Below, one piece after another: positions 58,084 through 64,000 of a stretch of DNA of 64,000 bases (position 1 is its first letter; each line of letters begins with the position of its first letter). The notes under the pieces are model-generated. The model saw nothing but the letters and a program-made list of their open reading frames with translations, ran no database searches and was not told where the DNA came from. Location: the IMG/VR virus record IMGVR_UViG_3300032241_001154, positions 192 through 64,191 of that record, one strand, 5' to 3'. This stretch comes from a virus (Duplodnaviria > Caudoviricetes). The position numbers and the translations under genes were made by a program.

Positions 58084-58563
58084 TTATTCGGCGTGAGTGT
58101 TGGCAAGCATGCCAGTGGCGGTATCAGCATTGAAGGAAGCGATTGCCGCCCTCTGAGCCAAAGCCTGCGCCTCAGGGTCTTTCTCGTATGACGCTTGTCC
58201 GCCCAATGGGGCGATGTGGTCGAGAATGGCCTCGTGAGCCTGCGCTGCATCGAGGTGGGCCTGAATCGCACGGGTCGCACGCATGCGGTCACCGTTAGAC
58301 ATTTCACTGCTGTGCTTCAGAACCATGTTCTTGATTCCTTCGGCGGTTGAGCGGTGAATCTGGGCGAGGGGCTTGGTCAGGCCATTGGAGATGCCAATGC
58401 CACGAGCGAAGTTCTGGGCGTTGGTGGAAAGGAAGTGCGAACTGCTCACGGCCTTTTCCATGTCTGCGCCCGACTGCCACTGGTTGCCGTGGAACGGGTG
58501 CCCTGCTACATCACCCTTAGCCAACTGTACCCACGCAATGATTTCGTTGTTCAGATTATCCAT
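58084..58563 (-). CDS. His/Ala-rich helical protein with GHxFxGNQ tag
   Basis: AKGDVAGHPFHGNQW. Confidence 0.7.
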   Translation of the reverse strand: MDNLNNEIIAWVQLAKGDVAGHPFHGNQWQSGADMEKAVSSSHFLSTNAQNFARGIGISNGLTKPLAQIHRSTAEGIKNMVLKHSSEMSNGDRMRATRAIQAHLDAAQAHEAILDHIAPLGGQASYEKDPEAQALAQRAAIASFNADTATGMLANTHAE

Positions 58564-59099
58564 TAGATACCTTCCGAGAAACTTCCAACGCCAGCGGCTT
58601 GCTCGGCGCTACGGACGTTGTTTTCAGCAGCATCAACCTTATCTTGTGCGTCACTCATACGTTGTCCCGTGGCGTGGGCTGGGTCGGCGTTGGTGATTGT
58701 GTCACGGTTCGCCTCAAAGTTCTTGGTGTCACGGGCTGCACTTGCCAAACCAGCGTGGGCGTTGGCTGCGCTTTCGTGGGCGGTGGCAACATCACGGAGT
58801 TTTCCAGCCATTGAGCCAGTCGCCTTGTCTGCCATTGCGTGATACATCTGGGCTTGCTGATTGTGCGAAGCGCTTTGCTGCGTTGAGGTGGCTTCAGCGT
58901 TGCGACCTGCGTTCATTATGTCGTTTGCACCCCAGCGGCTTGGGTCTACACGACGGGCTGGTTGTGCTGAAGCGCCAGTCGAGATGCCGCCAGTGTGCTG
59001 GTTCCCATTGAAGGCGTGACCGTCGGTCTCGTACTTCAAGATTTCACTGGCGGTTTTCCAAACTGGAACCAGTGCGTCGGTGGAGAAAGGGTTTGACAT
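58563..59099 (-). CDS. His/Ala-rich helical protein with GHxFxGNQ tag
   Basis: LKYETDGHAFNGNQH. Confidence 0.7.
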   Translation of the reverse strand: MSNPFSTDALVPVWKTASEILKYETDGHAFNGNQHTGGISTGASAQPARRVDPSRWGANDIMNAGRNAEATSTQQSASHNQQAQMYHAMADKATGSMAGKLRDVATAHESAANAHAGLASAARDTKNFEANRDTITNADPAHATGQRMSDAQDKVDAAENNVRSAEQAAGVGSFSEGI

Positions 59100-59109
59100 T
59101 ATGTTTTTT

Positions 59110-59523
59110 TTACTTTGGCAGGTCAGCGTTGCCGGAGTGATTTATTGCAGCAAGCGTCTGGACTACTGCCTTAGAAGCGTCTCCAACTACGTTCCTATTG
59201 CCGTAATCCGCAGCCTTAGTCCACGTCTTTTCAGCAGCAAGGTGTGCTTTGGCGAGGGCGTTCAGGTTGTCTGCAACGTCCTTGTAGCCAGTTTCGTTTC
59301 GTGCTGCCATTGCTTTGGCTGCTTCACCACGGTGGTACTCCGCCATGCCTAAAGCGTCTGCACGGTTTGGGGCACCGCCAATGCGGGCACTAGCAATCTT
59401 GCCCGCTCGCATAGCAATGGTGTATTGGTTGCCGTTGAAGATGTGTCCAGCCAACTCGTACTTTGTGACGGGGTAGCGAGAAAGTGATTTGAGTAGTTCG
59501 TCGGGGTGGAAGCCAGATGACAC
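59110..59523 (-). CDS. Ala-rich helical protein with GHxFxGNQ tag
   Basis: TKYELAGHIFNGNQY. Confidence 0.7.
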   Translation of the reverse strand: MSSGFHPDELLKSLSRYPVTKYELAGHIFNGNQYTIAMRAGKIASARIGGAPNRADALGMAEYHRGEAAKAMAARNETGYKDVADNLNALAKAHLAAEKTWTKAADYGNRNVVGDASKAVVQTLAAINHSGNADLPK

Positions 59524-59596
59524 GAGGTTCTCCTTGTCGGGATTTCTACATCAGATACTACGCCACGATTTCCTAAACCGATGTTCCAAAACCCCA

Positions 59597-59625
59597 TTGA
59601 CGGTGGTGATAAACGGTGCTAGACT
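59597..59625 (+). promoter_or_regulatory. plus-strand promoter with no credible downstream ORF
   Basis: TTGACG-N17-TAGACT. Confidence 0.55.
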
Positions 59626-59631
59626 TCGCCC

Positions 59632-59705
59632 GACTGACTTGGGGGCGCTGGACACAACGCCAAGTACATTCACACCGACCCCTGCCGAAAGGCGGGGGAT
59701 TCGGT
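59632..59705 (+). ncRNA. candidate ~75-nt small RNA
   Basis: Promoter, then hairpin ACTTGG..GCG/CGC-CAAGT, then CCCCTGCC-GAAA-GGCGGGGG hairpin. Confidence 0.4.
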
Positions 59706-60203
59706 TTATTGGGGCCTGTTTGCGCCCCAAAGTGAGGTGAAATGGCCTCGTTCTGCTTCGCCAATGTGCTCCAAGAGCAGGTATCCATCGAGATGGTCTG
59801 TCTCGTGCTGAAAGATGCGAGCGAGCAATCCTTCCCCGTCAATCCTGTAGGCGTTCCCGTCAAGGTCGAGGGCCGTCAAGGTCGCTTTGTACGAGCGGCT
59901 GATTTGCCACCCGAACTTGGGCACCGACAAGCATCCTTCGGGCGTGACCTCGATGTCAAGGGGGTCAGTGAAAACCTCTGGGTTGATGGCGACGTGAGCG
60001 CCCGTGCCGTCGCCGCTGTCCCAAACGAACATGCGGTGCGAGTAGCCGATTTGGTTGGCGGCAAGCCCAACACCGAGGTGAAAGTACATGGCCTCAACCA
60101 TTTCGGCGGCAATCATCTTGATGTTGTCTGTGATTTCACTGACTGGGGTCGTGGGGGCTTCCAAAATGGGGTCGCCGTAGAAGCGCATGGCTGGGATGTT
60201 CAC
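59706..60203 (-). CDS. def: peptide deformylase
   Basis: GVGLAANQIG, EGCLS and QHETDHLDG motifs; start reassigned to GTG 60203. Confidence 0.93.
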   Translation of the reverse strand: MNIPAMRFYGDPILEAPTTPVSEITDNIKMIAAEMVEAMYFHLGVGLAANQIGYSHRMFVWDSGDGTGAHVAINPEVFTDPLDIEVTPEGCLSVPKFGWQISRSYKATLTALDLDGNAYRIDGEGLLARIFQHETDHLDGYLLLEHIGEAERGHFTSLWGANRPQ

Positions 60204-60466
60204 CGTGCGCCCATCTCTCTCTTTGCCTCTTCGAGCAGTTCGGCGGTGAAGTCCTCTGGCGACAGTTCGGTCTTGGCGTGGGCCATCAACTTGCCGCAGG
60301 CGATGCTGAACGCCCATGTGTAAAGGCTGAGTTCCTCGTCGAGGTGCGACAACTCCTTGCGGTAGCCGAGAACCATCTGGTCGTGCTTGGCAATCAGCCC
60401 TGCCATCCCAGTGCGCATGGTAGCCAACTTCTCTTCGAGGTCGGCAATCTGCTTTGACTTACGCAC
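60200..60466 (-). CDS. coiled-coil hypothetical protein
   Basis: 88 aa, overlapping neighbours. Confidence 0.6.
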   Translation of the reverse strand: MRKSKQIADLEEKLATMRTGMAGLIAKHDQMVLGYRKELSHLDEELSLYTWAFSIACGKLMAHAKTELSPEDFTAELLEEAKREMGAR

Positions 60467-60611
60467 GGTACTTCTCTGGCACTGGGCCTGTGTACGAAGC
60501 GCCGTTCAAGTCTGAGGTGAACGGGAAGCGTGCCGAGCACTGCTGGCACACGACGTAGGTCTTAGCGCCTGCGTTCATCAAAATCCACTTGTGGAAGGCG
60601 CAACTAGCCAT
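60459..60611 (-). CDS. 50-aa Zn-finger-like peptide
   Basis: Manual translation MASCAFHKW...VCQQC...; fills the gap. Confidence 0.55.
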   Translation of the reverse strand: MASCAFHKWILMNAGAKTYVVCQQCSARFPFTSDLNGASYTGPVPEKYRA

Positions 60612-60777
60612 GCTGAACCGTCATGACGTACTTGCTGGCGTTGGCGGTAAACGCCTGCGCCTCTTCCTTCGTAGCGAAGTCGGGCGATGTCATGACGGTG
60701 TAGTAGTAGCCATCACCACCTTGGTAGGTCTTGAAGAAGAACCCGTTGCCATTCCAAATCTCGACAACTTTACTCAT
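60604..60777 (-). CDS. 57-aa hypothetical protein
   Basis: MSKVVEIWNG..., TGATG overlap with upstream stop. Confidence 0.5.
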   Translation of the reverse strand: MSKVVEIWNGNGFFFKTYQGGDGYYYTVMTSPDFATKEEAQAFTANASKYVMTVQHG

Positions 60778-60980
60778 CAAATAAACGCCTTCATGTCTTG
60801 CGCTTCTGCTTCCCATTGCTCTGGTGAACCGAGACGAACGACGTGCAAGCACACGTCCGTGCCGTTCTCCATGAGTTCTGATTCGGTGTCGGTCAACTCC
60901 ACGCCTGCGTGGGTTTCGCACACCTGCTGGGTGCAGAACTTGTTGTCAATGCCGTACTGAAGCCACTCATCAAAGGTCAT
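60777..60980 (-). CDS. 67-aa Cys/His hypothetical protein
   Basis: MTFDEWLQYGI...C...CETH.G...E.E..E.G.D.C.HVVRL. Confidence 0.6.
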   Translation of the reverse strand: MTFDEWLQYGIDNKFCTQQVCETHAGVELTDTESELMENGTDVCLHVVRLGSPEQWEAEAQDMKAFI

Positions 60981-60990
60981 GGCGTTCACC

Positions 60991-61524
60991 TTAGCAGCCG
61001 TCGGAGTTCCATTCTGGGTGGATTCCGTTATTGCGGTTCCAATAGAAGGCGGCGACACGGAACTGGTCTGCGATGCTCGCATCTTGGGCATGCTGGGCGG
61101 TGATGCCAAGAGCGTTAGCGCCGAACTGCCACGTTGGGGGCATGAACTGAAAGATGCCTGCCGCACCCTCGGCGTTCACCTCACGGTAGTTGTGGAAGTC
61201 CGTGGGGGTCGAGCGAGATTCACGCCACATGACGCAGGTGAAGGCCGCTCGGCTCGCTGGTGGGAGCAAGTCCATGTAGCCGCCAGATGGGGCTGTGTGG
61301 CTCGCTACGGGCTTTGGCTTGGCTTTGTGGTGAACCACAGGCTTGGCGACGTGCACATGCGCTAATGGGCGACTGTTGCCGTACCAGAAGATGGTAATCA
61401 TCTTGGGCGTGGTCGTCCGAGCGGCGAGGTGATGGGCCACCTTGGGCGCAGCGTGGAACATTCCTACGACAAGGGAGACTACGACTGTCAGTGCGAGGAA
61501 GCCACCTCGCACCGTGCCTAGCAC
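60991..61524 (-). CDS. exported Rpf/lysozyme-like transglycosylase (start uncertain)
   Basis: N-terminal hydrophobic signal, basic linker, C..WRES...N...GAAGIFQFM..TW...A....Q...A......G..W...C. Confidence 0.8.
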   Translation of the reverse strand: MLGTVRGGFLALTVVVSLVVGMFHAAPKVAHHLAARTTTPKMITIFWYGNSRPLAHVHVAKPVVHHKAKPKPVASHTAPSGGYMDLLPPASRAAFTCVMWRESRSTPTDFHNYREVNAEGAAGIFQFMPPTWQFGANALGITAQHAQDASIADQFRVAAFYWNRNNGIHPEWNSDGC

Positions 61525-61718
61525 GAGCCTGCCTTGGTAGAGGGATAGAACGGTACCGCTATTGGGTTGCTGGACACAACGCACTCCTTTGGTTGCCCAT
61601 TGGGGGATGCACCAGTTTACCCGAATGTGACGGATAAGGCAAGTACTAAGCGATTTCCTTGCAAATAAAGGGTTTTGCCCCACCGTCGAGGTGATAGAAA
61701 AAAAACATGCAAAAAGAC

Positions 61719-61748
61719 TTGACAGATGTCACACGGGGGTGCCATACT
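61719..61748 (+). promoter_or_regulatory. promoter, TGTCAC-spacer class
   Basis: A-tract, then TTGACA-gatgtcacacgggggtgc-CATACT; closely similar to the promoter at 10367. Confidence 0.65.
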
Positions 61749-61753
61749 GGTTA

Positions 61754-62050
61754 GGTAAGAAAGCAGCAGTGCCGAGGTGCGCTTGTAAAGTCCCCACGAG
61801 AAAGTGGTCGAGCAAGCCGAAGGCCAGCCTGTGAGCCGTACCACCTGTTTGCGACACGGGCGCACTCAGTAAGGCCGTAGGAAGTTCGGAGCGAACTACG
61901 GCGAAGGTGGGTACGGAAGTTGGGAGCGGAAGTGGTACCCCTAGGAAACGGGAAATCCACAAAGTAGCCCAGCGCAGATGCAGTACCCCAGTAAGGAAAA
62001 CCAAGGCTACCGAGTTAGAAGTCCCCTCAGCAAAGGCTGGGGGGATTTTC
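61754..62050 (+). ncRNA. candidate ~290-nt highly structured non-coding RNA
   Basis: Lies between a promoter and a terminator, has no credible ORF, and shows many nested helices with purine-rich loops. Confidence 0.6.
62019..62050 (+). terminator. intrinsic (probably bidirectional) terminator
   Basis: AAGTCCCCTCAGC-AAAG-GCTGGGGGGATTTT. Confidence 0.7.
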
Positions 62051-64000
62051 TATTGCTGGGCGACGCTATACGGAATGTTGTTTTTGACGAGCGAATCAAC
62101 CGTCGTCTTGTTTGGGGGTGTGTCAAACTCGACCCGTGCGATGTCTCCCAAGGTGATTCCGCCGTGAATCTGGGCCTCGACGTAGGGCGCACGTCCCGTG
62201 TTGTTGATAGTTGCGTCTGCCGATAGCCCGTGCTTCAGCATGTCAACGATGCTGTGTTCGCCTGCTGGCTTGACCGCTTCTGCCTCAGGGTCACGAGCCG
62301 ACATGGGCTTGGTAGTCCATGGGTTGCCGCCCCTCTGACCGAAGGTGCCTCGGCTGTCGCCCATGGTGACCGTAGAGCGGTCTTTCACGCCGTCCTTCAG
62401 CACGACCTTGGCACCGCCGTAATAGGTGGGGTCGTCCTTTGAGCCTGCGTGGTCAATGTAGCCGTAGATGGGACGCTCGGATGGTGACGCACCTTCCAAT
62501 CCGAAGAGTTTGTTTTCGACTTGGGTTCGATGATTGTTCGGGTCGGAGATTTCACCACCGTGCATGGTGGCAGACGAGCCAGTTTGGTGGGCATTCTTGA
62601 TGGAGCCGCTTGACAAGACTTGCTTCAGAGCAGATGGTTGCATGCGGACGGCTATTTCACCTGACGCTACAAAGTTTTTGATGGCCCTTGCCGATGCTTG
62701 CTGATACTCGGCGTGGCTTCCAGTCCATTGGTTGCCGTTGAATGGGTGTCCTGCCGCCTCGCCTTTGTAGACCTCGTTCAGCACTTGATAGTGGATTTGG
62801 CTTGCCTTGTCGTCGTCGCCTGCCTCGTGCGCCTCTTGCTCTTGGGCGAGCAGTTTGACCGCCTTGTCGCTGAGGTGTTCCCCTTTGGGCTTCTTAGCCT
62901 TCTGTAGGGGGCGTAGGGCGAACCGTGCCCAGATGTCGCCAGCGGCCTTACCAATCGGCTTGGCGGCGACCCCATTGTCCTTTGACCATTGCAACGCTCG
63001 GCTAATCACCTCGGTGGCAGGAGCGTCCACACGGATAATTGGCAACATCTGCGAGGGGTGCTGGAAGTGGATAGCCACGTCCGCAGCCCAGTTGTGGTGA
63101 CCGTCAATGACGTAGTTGTCCTTGGAGACAAGAAGGAACTTGCTCTGGGGGATTTGCCCGTCAGCCTCTTTGTAGAGTTGGGCAGCACGCCCAAGCCCGA
63201 TTTCCTTCTGCGAAGGCTTCAGGGTCGTGGGGTCTACAAACTCTTTGGTTGAGGTGATACCGCTCTTGGCAAGGTCGGAGACAAACTGGTCACGCATTTT
63301 GCTGGGCACTTGGGGCATTTCGCTACGGGAGTAGCCAAGTCCGTCCTGCCCCATTAGGCGTGTTCCGTCTACTCGGAGTTCGGTGATGTCTGCCGTGGCG
63401 ACTTTTGGATTGTCAATCTTGTTCGCCTTGTCCAACAGAACGCCAAGTTCGCTGGACGAGATGACGGGCTTTTCACCTGCTGCCAGTGAGTTGATGACGC
63501 TCTTTGACCATTTCTTGGGGTTCTCCGAGGACGAGTATCCGCCCGTCCACTGATTTCCCTCAAAGGCGTGCCCTTGCTCTGCGCCAGAACCTTGTCCGCC
63601 CTTCACCACTTGGCTACTTCCGCTCGCCTGAAGCAGGGCGTTGGCGTAGTCCTTGGCTTCAGCGTCGGTGCAAGTAGCAATGCCTTGGAAACGACCAATA
63701 AGTTCGGGGGTTGCTGGAACAACGTCCCAATACTTCACAATGGCAAAAGAACTCTTTAGAAAGTTGTCTTTTAGTTCCTGAAGGGTTTGTTCGCCGTTTC
63801 CGTCCACGAACTTGTCGTCGCCCACCTGTAATGCGTAGTGCTGAACAAAGACGGGTGGATAGTCCTTGCCTTCCTCTGGCTTGATTGGGTCGCCAATAGC
63901 GACAGGCTTGCCGTTGGGGTAGATGTTCTGTAGCGCCTTCATCACCACGCCGCAGCCACCAAACAAAGGGTGGTTGTTTGGGTAGGCGAGAAACCCTTGC
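62050..64000 (-). CDS. polyvalent multi-domain protein (partial): papain/transglutaminase-like, ParB/Srx-like and DUF3626-like domains
   Basis: Frame is open to the right edge. GGCG..HY...FVD triad-like; LKPSQ.E...VSKDNYVIDGHH.WAA; RPIYGY...YG...VLK...TVT.GDS...YVEAQIHG; two GHxFxGNQW tags. Confidence 0.7.
   Translation of the reverse strand, partial: QGFLAYPNNHPLFGGCGVVMKALQNIYPNGKPVAIGDPIKPEEGKDYPPVFVQHYALQVGDDKFVDGNGEQTLQELKDNFLKSSFAIVKYWDVVPATPELIGRFQGIATCTDAEAKDYANALLQASGSSQVVKGGQGSGAEQGHAFEGNQWTGGYSSSENPKKWSKSVINSLAAGEKPVISSSELGVLLDKANKIDNPKVATADITELRVDGTRLMGQDGLGYSRSEMPQVPSKMRDQFVSDLAKSGITSTKEFVDPTTLKPSQKEIGLGRAAQLYKEADGQIPQSKFLLVSKDNYVIDGHHNWAADVAIHFQHPSQMLPIIRVDAPATEVISRALQWSKDNGVAAKPIGKAAGDIWARFALRPLQKAKKPKGEHLSDKAVKLLAQEQEAHEAGDDDKASQIHYQVLNEVYKGEAAGHPFNGNQWTGSHAEYQQASARAIKNFVASGEIAVRMQPSALKQVLSSGSIKNAHQTGSSATMHGGEISDPNNHRTQVENKLFGLEGASPSERPIYGYIDHAGSKDDPTYYGGAKVVLKDGVKDRSTVTMGDSRGTFGQRGGNPWTTKPMSARDPEAEAVKPAGEHSIVDMLKHGLSADATINNTGRAPYVEAQIHGGITLGDIARVEFDTPPNKTTVDSLVKNNIPYSVAQQ

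Noticed and set aside
61525-61680. c-di-AMP (ydaO) riboswitch upstream of the Rpf-like gene
   Set aside because: Conserved ydaO sequence blocks are not recognisable
61754-62050. Group II intron, RNase P RNA or tmRNA
   Set aside because: GTGCG and GAGCCGTA are present but there is no proper domain V/VI or interrupted gene; no RNase P P4 strands; no tRNA-like ends
1-64000. Alternative genetic code or prophage boundaries
   Set aside because: Genes are long and intact under code 11 with all three stops used; no integrase, att site or host gene block is visible

Overview
A 64-kb segment of a large tailed dsDNA phage of siphovirus type. It is GC-rich and probably infects Actinomycetota; that host call is an inference from the Rpf-like enzyme, the minor tail protein style and the promoter types. 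Almost all genes lie on the minus strand. From left to right: a DNA metabolism and replication block (SNF2 helicase, ABC-ATPase/GNAT fusion, RusA, HslV-like protease, HNH, helicase loader, initiator with an internal iteron origin, Sak4-like ATPase); a short plus-strand early cassette ending in a Gam-like gene; a holin pair; and a ~44-kb virion module (giant Ser/Thr-rich tail proteins, tape measure, frameshifted chaperone, two tail-tube paralogues, neck, GT2-methyltransferase, two collagen fibres, capsid, cement, scaffold). An accessory block follows (RecB-like nuclease, LexA-like HTH, peptide deformylase, Rpf-like enzyme, polyvalent protein). No portal, terminase, integrase, tRNA or CRISPR array is visible. 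The most notable signals are: (1) a 14-aa K-[GY]-[DE]-x-x-G-H-x-F-x-G-N-Q-[WYH] tag found six times (one copy with a longer linker) in five otherwise unrelated proteins, a candidate capsid-loading/processing system; (2) three candidate structured ncRNAs, including a ~290-nt one with its own promoter and terminator; (3) tandem NrdR-like boxes upstream of the replication initiator; (4) a ~55-aa beta module inserted, sometimes nested, into many virion proteins. All family assignments come from motif recognition by eye; no database search was run.
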